From positions 953,982 to 1,017,981 of the forward strand of contig CAJINV010000011.1 of NCBI GenBank assembly GCA_905178155.1: DNA of 64,000 nt, written 5' to 3'. A model generated the notes under the pieces. The model was not told the origin of the DNA and made no database searches. It saw nothing but the letters and a program-made list of their open reading frames with translations. Position numbers and translations under genes: made by a program. The first letter of the stretch is position 1; every line of letters starts with the position of its first letter. Shown piece by piece: positions 12,001 to 23,000 of this stretch. The DNA is from Amoebophrya sp. A120. Its lineage: Eukaryota > Protista > Dinoflagellata.

Positions 12001-13152
12001 GTCGGCGAGGACTTGAGCCGCACCGGTCTACCAATGGGCGCGTCCACCAATTTGCTCGTCGAACCGTGGCCGACGGGCGCGGGCGAGTTCTTCGGGCACT
12101 TGTCCGTGTTTGGGGAGACAAGGGCGGGCTGCTGTGCAGAAATCCGCATTCCGGTCTACATGAAGTTCATTCTCGGTGGGGGAGCAGTTGTTCCTGCTGG
12201 TGGTGGTGCTGCTCCAGGAGCAATTTTAGACGCTCCTGGAGAAAGAAGCAAAGTGCCGCATGGTGGTTCTTCGGCGACCGTCGGCGGAGTTGGGCTAGGT
12301 GGACAGCAAGTTCTTGCCTATAACCACCTCGACGCAGCAGAAAAATACGACCTGCTACCCCAACCACCAAATCTGCATCGAAAAACAAAAAACATGGATT
12401 TCGTGTCCGTCGCCGCGCAGCGCAGTCCGCGGAGAGACCACAATGGAAATGTAATTCCCGGCTCAACATCTCGAGGAGAACATCAACATCAGCACCAGAC
12501 GAGCGCGGAAATACAAATGCGGAAGAGCCTTCTGTCTGCTGGTTCGAGGAATACCTCGCAGCAGTTATTCGGGAATGCAGCTGCAGCACAAAACGAGTTC
12601 TCCGTCCAAGAGCAGTCTGTGATGGGCAACAACTACAACGGCATCAATCAAGATAATTCCCAGCACAACCAGGCGACCAGTCTGAAGTTGCCAAGAAGGC
12701 GCAACAGCAAGCAGCCGCCACGGAAAAACTACCCCGACCCGCCGGGGCTGGAAGAAAGCAGTGACGAAGACATCAGTAGAAGCGAAAACAAGCAAAGAGG
12801 AAGCAAAAGCGCGCGGGAGGAACAGTTGCACAAAAATGTGCGTAGTGTCGGCGAGAAGGAAAACCTCGTAAATAAGACGGGAGACCACTACAACCAAAAA
12901 AATAAATCCATGTCATCTTCACAGCAACAACGAGCAGGAGGTTTCGAGAGTGTTGACACTCTGAACACCCTCAATCCAAATACCGGAGCTGCCGCGGAAC
13001 CCCAGAGTAATAAAGACATCACCCGCCAGCTGCCGCACTTTGCGCCGAAACCGTTCGCCCAACGGCAGGCGAATTTTGCGGTGGACCTGCGGAGCCATCA
13101 TAACCTAATCCCCCGGATGCCGAGGTTCTATCCCGGGAAGGTCAATTTGTAG
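1..13152 (+). CDS. 3' part of a spliced host gene: probable Ig-like (ASH/PapD-like) beta-sandwich followed by a low-complexity tail; exons ..1-6, 279-331, 11945-13152
   Basis: Removing introner 7-273 and introner 332-11939, each with one copy of its 5-bp duplication, gives a continuous frame SKVGERKSFKIALTNKATH|LLTLKVNPENLDGCAVRLP...FFGHLSVFGE...IRIPVYMKF that joins ORF 11944-13152. The domain call rests on beta-strand pattern only. Confidence 0.7.
7..273. mobile_element. Inverted-repeat introner (non-canonical intron), 5-bp TSD TCTAA
   Basis: TIR tatcaagtgcaaaaatgtctgggtctggaaga ... tcttccagacccagacatttttacatttgata; TCTAA at 2-6 and 274-278; related to 39711-39986. Confidence 0.85.
543..2414 (+). 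CDS. Retrotransposon ORF1 (basic, RS-rich, largely disordered; possible nucleic-acid chaperone); N-terminus probably truncated
   Basis: The frame of ORF 663-2414 stays open upstream to the insertion junction at 543 (AHGEARDKRID...GAMQKST). Arg/Ser-rich ends; no CCHC knuckle seen. Confidence 0.65.
   Translation, partial: AHGEARDKRIDAEGSGGGVRLISARAVRQRDERRTSPSGAMQKSTSNGGGAPHGHHGRRWRSQSRHRKRGRSESRERQAKRHKTGGRTEATTGPVGHGESIRRPAQTTSAQHNLPNAAHGDVDQPSGQQHGTKPPLTKKAIQELIDEETYEAENGNPEGVDALQLALRLRRRLKKSGCPQRNIRRAVETISLGLEENRKRLPQAIELALQHAYMPPGQSFPDQQGAPAAGVAGAAEDSPAESSSTGDSSTETSSSEEEIVVGGDPSRASNHGVKTEDETAVGGNASRVTATEEKRVVDVDLTGEDSQSGDRDGGPTTEGDPPRGDKRGGEPINEKAALQERSGARAPANANPLAQPWPQRTDRPPKASEAPGPSADDVVRSLAESLPKITAVQEDASRAGEPSSTTLFGGHVAAKLDKERADRAEEKRQQLLGRHRSFQTGEEETVVAGELDRHKARETAARVRGIVAANGGGAPAALQRPILGLLEDSGVSRPAANRAAQELVTAVAQNIGVESAIRAAAGSAAGGAEVKSQHLMPPPPPWRKPDGAASVSKPEEWTPPRARHSRAPSRSTRDRQRKSDARQRTQRPRSRSRQRQNHRDRHQGGAASQNKEREGKARGGSTR
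3357..9512 (+). CDS. Retrotransposon ORF2 polyprotein: long N-terminal extension with Cys/His motifs, AP endonuclease, reverse transcriptase, RNase H, C-terminal Zn-finger-like motif
   Basis: APE ~4914-5620 (LLNLDG, VSEAD, GYIPP, AGDLN, QPDAL, ATH). RT ~6070-7070 (AAGVDGVP, WRPIAMIS..KLVE, GDIAGGYE, GLGQGTLLSPALF, GFCDD, SVLGV). RNase H ~7680-8120 (ATDSG, WGEAG, QVDAS, WTPGHAGI, EADLL). CGLC...HVLLCEC near the C-terminus. The true start may be ATG 3393 or 3501. Confidence 0.93.
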   Translation: MLKVIKQKSTLTMKRRLRAVPLLLLGRNGAASQYSSTTVVGSPRRTGEMAAVRREIVEQLEEKLPMIEDPAAAAAAAAAADGDDANVMRQLVEPPPLELAPHQIATAEQSQAFVLAPALIPAGARTILRKVHESAPKHIAAAIRAASEHELLLEVGPHCLRNIQRPAHAGESEAERVRAAGKALSAGVAVPGGAKRYMEAVPLAIWRATGSKVGPLAVAYTNHPDYRNIPCNAAVVDALALRQTDHAVGLDPRNHSRFAADTLKNAGGFAANEWPLGDPGVNWEDAGVRRSDNTDDLAAVKGKGLQKRLEKAPPDTPFWIGADKPPLGEGGEEAMICAPVRKVSRTSIAANRPTPHGRSCPDCVAEAQEMAKNTKEGNTLVHPYLASFLAPERIPPAVGPYTNWLGSEAPNQAHLRHPVYIRVPEVAPSATATTLYRCTRCDAVGQLPSMLAHVVVCRVGRHGRIGSMLLGKLAALATGERDAATHLVTTSKNHHLAELRLQLDERPPPPDKEWSKGRRMKITLLNLDGGLLSNWPLLVHEITEAAPLVVVVSEADLPQDLAKTVSDLIYLTLRARYFIWRGTRAMALVAHSLRPAEQARCTQIPLAPSMAAILVAHGDLAGELVAGYIPPITGATGRDEVMAQQQAVLRYLSDAPKDAVVGIAGDLNISTGSILLERPRPNPFRSALTAAAEARGMQPALLPSDVTYPAADSQPDALFLRPHSRDIELWTQLKLPAFLPENCATHMRVDCELVPAEEDRERKGTEQVPEGLMRRRVFQWTSMTQETLNRVLARACEAAKSAQGFTAKTLAHILKTERAPVRKAKIPPNHLSLLKGDGTLTMSTQESMEAFRVRLCEGKPAGIQRTPEEEKAVAEQARELIEDAPSVPLEPSLDMAVRAMRRLNGNAAAGVDGVPVALLKASTTLAYLLVTLICNAINAFEEPPWSKEYLFVFLFKHAKSGATRFVPRFWRPIAMISGITKLVESVVLGAIEALVNEFRDNSAFIKGLSPTVGLIRALMKAMQSRRKYVGVVVGDIAGGYENAFVIHVLTVLKERGASRQILRVIYRWMCGRTGRIVLCGLVSHAFPLGEGLGQGTLLSPALFRIVVEYWLNIVGLVSDLCDCITGFCDDIGIVVTADTEAELKQKLTDKADRLRRIPYPIADWRIAVLKAPVLSSGTKEEQDAFFRRFTVRLACGQVLRLPEVETQLGSETGRPLRAENGNGRRINRAAYISVLGVPLSPHPEAWLAHLGGLQRRVAAEAAEAAADEDKSVVELIDQYHSKMFNCLQYASSVKSILCPGEALARLDTVAETCLRRMLRVSFTAPVYSTFFSTGAVIPSTAALAERNVLNIQAIALDNETFAQEAKVEEVCPLRREGWTKLRISHTLKPADPLPDNVVLLPAPAVFQRYGLKYSKEETPKVAALVKEEFEKLEKQLGPAMMLIATDSGDVPRTAPGAAGPGPRKRMATIVMRRGDDQKGEFALAARLRHCLTTFWGEAGAFVVSVLLLSDSIREPHAPIHDDRLRLVLFQVDASPVLDNVLSSRTEQTWQECRRALINLARTRPDCLFLCFWTPGHAGISPHTEADLLQKQTHLPSEPLERFTDLRIPLRQLRAYARTCLREEILEVVKKRARASMTGACRGYIATEVGDARKTLRGLPAASQRLAWSLLCGDGRDAARASDSRVGSSYIKCGLCGEKVAAVVALSVNQDPSPPEMDDESSSGSKGNDSELLIDEEEMGAIDTAAEELAGDADAPKNTEFANLDRHVLLSHFARHVLLCECKKIQEEVLTVCPAVPTSQNLLRRPDITVRAFLTKLGMVPPPEGEWPVKPRQRPDRDDVPPPAEVQANVNRGAQTFRNMIEMAETAQPPASATQEPNPPAVPRNFVPGAVHRLCTSAPDRTQPQEGDAQSLLDTLFWIPPDRRAPGTTTRERQGPYTRPQQQGHAPPPPGQPSSSPGAIPHTTSGRSASPDLGDEYQEADETDGLETGRAEVLAGGVVLRLDPVTGLPLPRSGKSGADEEGLQVKPDAIAAQAANQDDLSMMEEDEDALYT
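10288..10686 (+). repeat. Two diverged ~200-bp tandem units in the LINE 3' region
   Basis: Both units begin gccctgcc(a/t)cttctgtcatgc(g/a)tgttg (10288, 10486) and end with ...aactgctttgca(c/g)ttagca(c/g)ggtatgcgcg...gtcctc. Confidence 0.75.
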
Positions 13153-14067
13153 ATTTATATCAGCTAGACAAGCATGAAGCACGCTGTTGCTGTTTCTAGC
13201 CAGCTGGTGCCGTCGCCAGTTTTATACAAGAAATCGATGTCGCCATCGTTTTCGTTTCGGGTGTATCGAAATACTTTGCTTTCGTTGTAAGATGCGACTC
13301 ACATTTTTTTGTTCTTTACACCATTGGATGGAGTTCTTTTCGAAAGTCTTTTTCGTTTTTCGCGATAATCTGAAGCTTCAAAAAATCTATGAAAGGATCT
13401 AACAGAGCTTACTTTTTCTTTTTCACGGATCGTGATCTGTTCGTCAGTTTTCGTACGAACAACTTGACGCACAGCAGAGCTTGACAAGATACGAGGGAAG
13501 CACCCAGCCACAAGTGCTAGTAGAGTACAATATCAAGAACTTGAAAGCTGGTCCTTCCTAGTTGTAAGTAGGAGCTGCACACGGCGAAGATGCTTGTATG
13601 CCCAAAATATTTTCACAGTCCTTCGATGCTGCAAGAGAAAGTCATCCTTCATGCACACAGAGAACGCGGTCGGGGACGGGCGGCCAAATTCTGATCTGTT
13701 TCGATGCAGTGCTTTTCCTTTTTCAAATTCGCTTTGATTTCGATATGCAGAGGACGTTGACCTTGACAGTTTCGGTACTCGAGGGAGTTTGGCGTTGAGA
13801 CTTCGCAAAAGACAGAAAAGAGACGAGGACTACCACGTTGAGTGATGGAACCTTCGTGCTTGAAATGAATTCTAAATCTAACTGTTAAACTTGAGTATCC
13901 GTGTCGGCGGCCTGTGTGTGCGTACTGGCTAGAAGCACAAACTACTTACCAACAATTACAAAAGTAGAAAGAGTGATGTTTGTCCTCGCAGAGGAATGAA
14001 AAAAAGAGGAAAAAAGCATAAAAAAAATTTTCAAGAATTTCGGTAATTTTTCCAAAGAACACCTATC

Positions 14068-16209
14068 ATGCTAGAAGTCGTGGAGAATGACAAGAACCTG
14101 TTGTACGCGTTTGGAACGGTGTTGGCGTTGAGTTTGACCGTGTTGGCTTGCGTCGCGGCGACCGTACCTGCGAAGTCGAAGAACTACAGGGATGTCCAAG
14201 AACAGCGAGGGACAGCTGACGACGACATCGAGGATCATGATGTTCCACATGTTGGTGCTATCGAAGATGAAGAAGAAACCGCTCCTACTCGTCCTGCGCC
14301 TAGCACTACCACTCTGTCCCTCCTAAAGCAGCAGAAATCGTGGATGCGGGCCGGCGTGACGATTAGTGTGGTGGAAGTGATCCTCTTGCTCGTCATGGTA
14401 CTTGGCGGCAACGTGCGCGGCGGCCCGATGTGGTGGAGCATAACGAAAACTAGCATAGCCGGGAAGAACACGGAGACGACGCTGCGCTGGAACCTGCGGG
14501 GCCGGGAGGAGCAGAGCGAAGCCAGCCGGTATGTGTTCCACACCTATTGGGAGCTGTCCCAGGAACTGACGCAGCTGGAAATCGCGTCGGTGTACAACGG
14601 GAGCCGGCGGAATTTCAAAAAGCAGAATGGTAGCGTTTACTTGCAACATCAACACCTTGCAACTGGAGATGGACACGAAGTCGCTGGGGCCGACTACACA
14701 GGTCCGCATACTGATGTCCGAAGCGATGCGGCAAGCTCGCTGGTGGAGGTGGAAGCAGTTCATGGAAGTGAGAATCATGATGAAGATGCCCGTGACCGTG
14801 AGGGAGAGGGTGACGCTGCAGACGATGAGAAGAATCTGGACCCAGTTTCCCGAGGTGCACCAGACGACGAGACGAAGCTGCAGCAGGTGGTGAACGCCAC
14901 GACGACGAACAGTAGTTCCAGTTTTGCGGATCATGTGAGGAAATCAGCCGCACACGACCATCACCGGAGTGATCGCCCGGACCAGCCACAGCAGCAGCTC
15001 TTGCAAAGGGAAGAGAGAACAAGAGGCCGGATTGCAGCAGCACGTCCGGGGACGATGAAAATAGGTGCTTTATCTGGAGAAGGTCGCTCAGGGGTAGAGG
15101 CGTACAACACGCAAGGACGTTCATCACACAAGAAGAACAAAAGCGGCCACCACGGTAAAAGACATCATCATGATCATGTTCATACGTCTTCAGATACTAG
15201 TCACCCCGGAGCCGGCACAATCCTATCGCAGGTCGCGATTCCTGCCGCGGCAGACTTCGTTACCGCGGACGTGCGACGGCACTTCGACGAATTCTTCCTG
15301 CACAGTTCCGCTTCCGCAGCAGGATCATCATCTGCGGGGCCGGCGATAGAAATTGGCGCAGCTACTTCTCACGTACCCCGCCTCGCGTTCGGTGGTTCTG
15401 CCGCCTTCTCAAGTAGAACCGCTGCACAAGGTGGAACGACCGCAGACGGGTACAGCAGCTTGTTTGGCGGGAGCAATTTCGGATTACCTTTCGGGTCCTC
15501 TTCATCGACTTCGGGGAGCGCCAGTGGCAGCTCTACAACCACCACAACATTCAGTACGAATTCCTCAACCAGTGTCGTGAGCGACCAGGTTTCGCTGGAC
15601 GCCTGGCGCACCTTCCACTACAACTGCCACGTCGCGGGCTGGCGCGCCTCCCTGTACCTCTACACCTGCATCGTGGTACGGCTCTGCGGGCTGCTGTTCA
15701 CGGTTTTGCGGTTGCAGCAACTGAAAATGCAGCACACGGCCGCTGTTATGGATGAACAAGAGAACGAGGAAGATTTATTTCCGAAAGCGGTAGTGGAGGC
15801 GCGTCGACCGCAGGCTCTGCAGAACACCAGCACCGGTACTACACTAGAAGAAAACCCAACAGGACAGCTTGTTCCACAGGTATTTCATCCTTTGAGCTTG
15901 ACGGCGAGAACAACCGAGACGAGCACAACCATTTCCTCTCTCTTCGGAACAAGGAACCGACGGACGAGCAAAGCGACCCTAAAAAACGTGGCGGTGTGCA
16001 GCTGCGTGGCTGGGTTTTGGCCGCTACTGATCATCACGGTTTTCGACTTTACCGACCGGTGCCCGAACCACTTTCCGGACCCCCGGGCGAGCGCGGTGGG
16101 CGGCCCGGGACTCTGGTACGCGTTGTGTATGGTGTTCACCAGCTCGCTCTGGGTCGTTTTGCACTGGCTCGTGCCCGCTGTTCAGGTGGGCACCGGGAGC
16201 GGGAAGTGA
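14068..16209 (+). CDS. Multi-pass membrane protein with claudin/PMP22-like topology and a large His/Ser-rich loop
   Basis: 713-aa ATG ORF with two N-terminal and three C-terminal hydrophobic segments, a WW...LRWNLRG motif after the second TM and GGPGLWY before the last TM. Family call is tentative. Confidence 0.65.
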   Translation: MLEVVENDKNLLYAFGTVLALSLTVLACVAATVPAKSKNYRDVQEQRGTADDDIEDHDVPHVGAIEDEEETAPTRPAPSTTTLSLLKQQKSWMRAGVTISVVEVILLLVMVLGGNVRGGPMWWSITKTSIAGKNTETTLRWNLRGREEQSEASRYVFHTYWELSQELTQLEIASVYNGSRRNFKKQNGSVYLQHQHLATGDGHEVAGADYTGPHTDVRSDAASSLVEVEAVHGSENHDEDARDREGEGDAADDEKNLDPVSRGAPDDETKLQQVVNATTTNSSSSFADHVRKSAAHDHHRSDRPDQPQQQLLQREERTRGRIAAARPGTMKIGALSGEGRSGVEAYNTQGRSSHKKNKSGHHGKRHHHDHVHTSSDTSHPGAGTILSQVAIPAAADFVTADVRRHFDEFFLHSSASAAGSSSAGPAIEIGAATSHVPRLAFGGSAAFSSRTAAQGGTTADGYSSLFGGSNFGLPFGSSSSTSGSASGSSTTTTTFSTNSSTSVVSDQVSLDAWRTFHYNCHVAGWRASLYLYTCIVVRLCGLLFTVLRLQQLKMQHTAAVMDEQENEEDLFPKAVVEARRPQALQNTSTGTTLEENPTGQLVPQVFHPLSLTARTTETSTTISSLFGTRNRRTSKATLKNVAVCSCVAGFWPLLIITVFDFTDRCPNHFPDPRASAVGGPGLWYALCMVFTSSLWVVLHWLVPAVQVGTGSGK

Positions 16210-17093
16210 ACGGTGTTTGGAAAGTGCCAATGTCAGAAAATTTATGTTGAAAAGCACGCCATCGCACCTTTTGCGAATGGATACAGTTCTCCTCCAAGAA
16301 CTCTGGTTCGCTGTCTTTCTACATCTACTTTTGTACGAACACTTGCATGCATTTTTACAAATGTTCTTTTCTGATGTTTCTGCGTGTCTTTATGTACCCC
16401 GAACTCGTCTACTTTGAATGAATAGAATAGCTGATGTGGAAACTTTTGCGACTTGTACATCCTGTACCGCTGCAGACACGCTCACGAAGATTGTGTTTCA
16501 TCCCGCTTCTGATTTATAGTTTTGTTGACGTGGTCGCGCTCTCTAGTAGGACGTGTACGATCGGCCACGAGCACAAACGACCTGCGTCATGACTTACCAC
16601 ACCCTGGTACAGCTTAGACACTTTTATGTATCTTTTGGCTCATCTGCATCTGCAGCAGTTCGTTCTTTCTCGTTCAGCAGGAGCACGCACCGTTGCCGCA
16701 GCCACAGCATTCTTCTTATGCAGAAGAATGTCGTACTAAGTTGTCATCGTGATCGTTTTCATCTTTGGAAATTCGTGCACTACGTACTTTCGTCTAGTAC
16801 TCGTGCGTTTTTCGTTCATATTTTCGTCCCGTGCAACTACAAGACACCAACGTACACTCGTTTTGTTTCATCGTCTTCTTCTCCGTTGAATCCATCTTCT
16901 CGTGGTCCGCTGGAGACGAGCTTCTGCTTCTACGGTGAAATTATCGCTTGATATGTTTCTAATTCTATTCTTTTGATGTACCAACAGTGACGACCCCAGG
17001 ATGTAGGCGAAGTGCTACAAAAACGAAGCTTATTGAGATATCCCACCAAGATCACCACCCTAATATCCCCGAGGAACAACATCAACATTGAGC

Positions 17094-20000
17094 ATGTTGA
17101 CTGTTTATATTTCCCTTTCCCCCTACCTTGTGGCCTTGTCCACCATCATTGCCCCCTATTTTTTTCAACATCATCATCTAGTAGCTGGATACAAGTTCCA
17201 AGTTTTGTCGAAAAAGAAGACCCCATCGCCCCATGGCCCAACCATCTTCGTGTCGTCGGGTCGTAAAACGGGACGATCCAACGTCGCTGGTGTTGACCAA
17301 CCCGATGAAACTGTAGCTGATAAAAGTAAAGCAGGAACTAGAACTACAAGTGCAGCAGCGACAAGTTCCTCTAGTCCTTCTGAAGACCCCGTCGAGGGAA
17401 CAACATTGGTCGCTTCTGGAGATGCAGCTGGAGCAACTCCAGCTTCTAGTACGGACCGACCCACACCACCCGCCGGCGCACCGCTGCCGTCCTCGTCGGG
17501 CACTGGCACGTTTTTGGAAAGAACTCAAAAAACTACAAGTGCAACGACGATGGAAAACGAAAAGGTCGCACTTCTAGAGACGACGGCCACGGTAACAGAA
17601 GAGGAGCCACCGTGTCGCGTGGACTGCCCTGCCTGCCAGGACCTAGAAAGTCTGGAAGAAGATGAAACGACACCGCCGAAGACCACGACACCAGGCACGA
17701 CAACCACGACGGCGCCCTCCGAGCGCGAACTTCAGGAGAACGCGGAGACGGTAAATCCGCTGACTCCGCCGGGGGTGGGCTTGGTGAGTGGAGGCGATGA
17801 AAACAAAAATGCGACGAACGCATCCAACGGAACGGGCACAACGACACCGGAGGAGGAAGGCCTGCAGAATGTAACGAACGCTTCTTCCAACGCCTCGAAC
17901 GGCACCACTGTCGTGGTGGTTGAAACGACGACGACGACGACGACGACCACTACGACTGAGACGGAGGAAGCTGCGAGCAATTCCAACGTGGGGGTCGCGA
18001 AGGGGTCGGGCTTGGAGATCCGGTGTCCCGACTGCGAGGCAGGCAAAGCCGATGTACCAAATGGTCGCGTTTTTGACTGCTTGGTTGCGTGCAACATGGC
18101 AGGAGGCGGTGACCCGTGGAGATACAATTCACCTTTGTGCGGCGAGGGCACCGTGAAGAACGGCGCGGACAACAATCATTGCTTGTTGGACAGTCCCGAC
18201 TACGTGGGCGCCTGCTGCCAGTTCAACAAGGCGTTCAACGCCTTTGAGGAAGACGACGCCTTCCCGCCGGAGTGCGCAGTGCTGGGAAATCTGCGGGACC
18301 AAGATGCGGATTTTGGCGTGACCGACGCATACCTCGACACCGACGGCGAGTTTTACAGCAGTGCTGCGTACTTCTCCTGCGTCGCGATGCCGAACTGGAT
18401 CGCAGAGCCCGCCTGCACCGATGACGCATCAAGTTGTGCGCACATGAGCAACGCAACGCACGAGGGAGCGTGTTGCCGGAAGGGCGAGGACCCGAACAAT
18501 CAAGCGGGCGGGTTGTGCGCGACGGACGGAATTGTTTACCCGAAGGCTGACTTGATCGTGGATGAGAAGATTGAGAAAATGTGGCACAAAAAGGAGTGCG
18601 TCGCGGTTTCCACCACGACGACAACTTATCCAGTGCAAAAAAACGACGTTTAGCGGTTTCACCCTTAGGGAAAGAGATGAGGCACGAGTGAATTCCTCAG
18701 ATCTCTACTTCGAGTGTAAAAATTGTGCCTGTCCAATGTTATGGTTTAATGTAGTTGATCTCGATCCCAGGACAGGACAGAGACTACATAAAAGTTTATC
18801 ATCCCCGCCCTGTGGTGGAATAAAGACAATTGCAGTGTACAAGTCGATTTCTTGCACTGGATAACCTCCCGCCACCGGTTTGCCTCTGCTACAACGGTGT
18901 CCTCGACGGTACAAACGACTGCCCCGCGGACGACGCACAGCTCTGCGAAAGTTGCAATGCCGGGTACGAGCTGCGCGAAGACGTACCAAATACGGGACAG
19001 AAAAGCTGCTACCCGAAGTGCGGCGGCGTGACGTGCGAAGAACAAGACAGTTCCACTAGAGCGTTCATCATTCCAAAAGACGCGGAAGATTTGTGCGAGC
19101 TTGCGGAGGGCGGCGACCTGGCGGAGAGTGAGTGGCTCGTCGAGGGCACGTTCCCGCAGTCGCAATGTGAGGCATTCTGCTGTCCGAGGGGGTGCAGCCA
19201 GCCGACCGCTGATACGCTGACGGATTTGGAGGAACGGTACTTAATTTGCTCTTTGCTAACTCGACAGGGACAGGGACATGCGTTTTTCATCTTGTTGTAT
19301 TTTTTCCAAAGTAAAGTTGTTGTTGCCACTGAACCTGGTGGTGCTGGTGGAAGCATGCGTCGTCGTTCAGCTACTTAGAGGATTTTTTTATTCGCACCCG
19401 CCGGTTGCACGACAAAGCACAACAGAAAGTATCGGTACACGTTTTTTTCCGAATGCAGCTCCGAATATGAACAAGATGAACATCAATTTGTTTATACTCA
19501 CACACCACGACAGGGTTTTGAACGTCCCCAGTGATGACGGGTGGAGGACGCTGCTGACGTCGACTGAAATGCTTATGAGAATGAAATGTGCGATAGTTCA
19601 TGATCAACGGCGACAGCTACCTCGTGCATCATGCAAAGTTGAAGATGTGACAGCCTCATGCTCATTGTTTCCTTACGTTTGAGAATTGATTCATAATGCA
19701 TCGAATAAAGTCAGGGTTTTATTTCGCCTATCGGCTGCCTTGCTGGGCGCACAAGAACACGACGCGATGCACAGTAGCGCCCAGTACTGAAGATGAGTTT
19801 TCTGGCGTCCTCGTCGTTGAACATGAACTAGGACAACTTTTCACTTCGATACAACTGCCCGGAATGGATGACACTGACGCTATCGAAAATGACCCAGGTA
19901 CCAACTGTAACCTCGCCAACTACATCGGTGATGACGGCGCCACCACTCTGAAGTTCTATTGCCCCGTCGCGAACCAAGCCGTGCAGGTTGTCGGCTGCGA

Positions 20001-23000
20001 CACACTGGTCGTGGATTCGACACCCCAGTGCGGGTGTGAAAATGGCGAGCGGAAGGCTCCGGAGACGACAAGCACCTGCGACGCGACTGGGGAACAGGAT
20101 TGCGATACTTGCAACACCAACTATTCACCACAGCAAGACTGGCCGGCAGGCACTCAGACTGGTTGCGCGCCGCAGTGCGGCGACTGTACCGCAGAGTGGC
20201 CCTGGAACGCTCAAACGGGCGAGTGGTACGAGCAAGAACCAGGTACGTCAACGGACATCGCAGCCCCGTGCCCGTTTTACGTGGACGGAAGTAAGAGTGA
20301 CGCCGACAGGGTCGCGCTCCTCACGGATGACTTGCAGACCGCCCGAGCCAAATGCCGGGATGGGTCCGCCGATCCCGCAAGCCCCAGCGAGAATTTGCGA
20401 TGTTGCGTCCGCAAGCAAACCTGCACGCAGCCGCCACTGCAGATTCTGGAACGGGAGGTCGCTGCTGGCTCCTCCATAAACTGGGAGCAAGTCCTCAAAG
20501 ACGCTGCGCTGCAGCCTGGGCAAGGCGCACCAGTCGAGTTCAGCGGCATTGCGACCGCGTGCGCCGCAGGCTACTCGGGCACGCCAACGTTTCGTTGTTC
20601 AGCCGCGCGACCGCAGCTATTGGTCGAGGGTTGCACCGAAAACACCTGCACGTGTGAGACCGGATCTCTTGTTTCCACGACACGTGTGTGTGCCGTGGAC
20701 GGGGGTCAGAATTGTGATGACTCCTCTTGCAACACACACTATGCGGCAACGCCTGGTTGGCCCGCACCGCTTCAAGTGGGGTGTGCACCGGTGTGCGGCG
20801 ACTGTGTCACAGAGTGGCCCTGGAATGCTGAAACGGGGGAGTGGTACGAGCAAGAGTCAGGGGATGCAACTTCAACAGAAAGCGCGTGTCCGTTCTACGT
20901 GGTAAACAGTAACGCGAACGCCAATGCTGCGCTCACAGAGATGAACGTGACCATCACGCGAGAAAAGTGCCGGGATGGGTCCGACGATTCTTCCACTCCC
21001 AGCTCTGGTTTGCGATGTTGCGTCCGCAAGCAAACCTGCACGCAGCCGTCGGACACGGCATTGCAGAACGTGATGACCGGAGAAAGGGTGTACATCAACT
21101 GGGAAGAAGTTCTCAAACGCGATGCGCTGCAGCCTCAACAAGGAGCAGTTGAGTTCAGCACCATGATCGCGTCAGACGCGGCCTGCGCTGCGGGCTTCTC
21201 GGGCACGCCCACGTTGGAGTGCCAAAACGGCGGCGAGGAGCTGGTGGTCAGCGGTTGCACTCCAAATGAATGTGTTTGCCACAACGGTCGTGAACTTTCC
21301 CAAACGCGCACGTGTGCGGCAACGGGCGATGAGAATTGCGCCGAAGACAGCTGTGACGCCAACTACAAGCTGAAGGAAGGTTGGCCCGATTGGCTGCCAA
21401 GGGCACCGGTCCAGTGGGGGTGCGCGCCGAAGTGCGAAGTGGGTGCTTGTGAGACGGACCTCCCGTGGAATCCGGCAAACGGCGAATTTTTCGTGTCGAA
21501 AGCGGAAGGTACCTATTGCGGGTTATTTTTCGCGGAAGGTAGCTATTCCCCTGAAGACGAAGCGCGCCGCCTTGCTCTTTCTGAAGACAGCGACGATCAA
21601 GCCAGAGTGCGGGCCCTGTGCCTCCGTGGCGGGGTGGGGAATGCCGAAACTGATTATCAGGCAGGTCGGACCTGTTGCGAGCGCAGGCAAACCTGCACGC
21701 AGCCGTCTGGAGCATTGGAGAATCTTGTCCAATTGGAAGACAGTATTGATTGGAAAAATGTCCTGATGGACGATTCATTGCAGCCGAACCAGTTCAGCAA
21801 TGGCGAAGCCAACGCAATTTCACGCACAGCGATTGCCACAACCTGTGCCGAGGATGCGTTGGGAACCGAGCCGAAGTTTTACTGCCTCGCCGCTGGACAG
21901 CCCCTGCAGATGACGGGTTGCGCTGTATCATTGGTGAAATGGTGTTCTGTCTCCATCTGCAGCGAAAATGAATTCTCGGACTTTTGTATCGTTGAGGACC
22001 TCAGAAGATAAAGATATTCCTCACGACAGATGAAAAGATGGATACCGTGATACATGTTGATGTTTACTTGCATGGGTGTCTGAGGAGTAATGAAAGCATC
22101 ATAATTTTTAATTATGTGCGACGTAATTTGCGAATCGACATTTACATTTTCAGAAAGTTGTGGAAGCCAAAAAAAAATGAAATACTGCGAAATAAGTATT
22201 AAGTCACTGTAAGTAGAACATGTGTGAACACGCGTTCCCACCTTGACGCATGAGTACTACCTGAATTTGAGATACTACATGCACAAAATACCGCAGCACC
22301 TGTGAGGTCAAGTGAATCTGCTACGTTTCTACCCTGGCCCTGCATGTAATGGACGAGGCAAGATACAACTTTTCATCTCGACACGCAACCAATCCCAATG
22401 TCGGAACGGCGAGGGGATCGAACGTCGAAATTTCCTGTCCCGACTGCGACGCGGGTAACACTGCCGACGGCAAGGTGTTTAACTGCTTGACAGCGTGCGC
22501 CATGGAACAACGTCAATGGGGGGACTGGACCTATAATTCTCCACTCTGCGGCGAGGGCATCGTCAAAGACGTAAATCGGGATGGCACCACGTTACGAGAC
22601 AACAACTACTGTAAATTGGAAAGCGATAAGTACGTCGGTGCCTGTTGCCAGTACGACCGAGAGAACCAGAATTTCATGGACGACGCTGTAAGTCCACAAG
22701 TATTTCCCCCGGAGTGCTTTCTCATGGGCCACCTGAAGGAATTCGCGGGAGTAGAGACGGCTTTCGGCGTCACGGACGAATACCTGGACGAAACCGGGGG
22801 GCCCTACTTCTCCTGCGTGTCGATGCCGAAGTGGATTGCCGAGGAATCGTGCGAAGACGAATGCACGCAGACAGGACTTTGTGCCGAGTGTCCGTCTGGG
22901 ACTGGGGCGGAAAGTGAATATGTCGGGGCTTGCTGTCAGAAGGGCTTTGACAGCACCGACAATGCCTGTGATCCGCAGAGCGATATCAGCTTCCCCAACG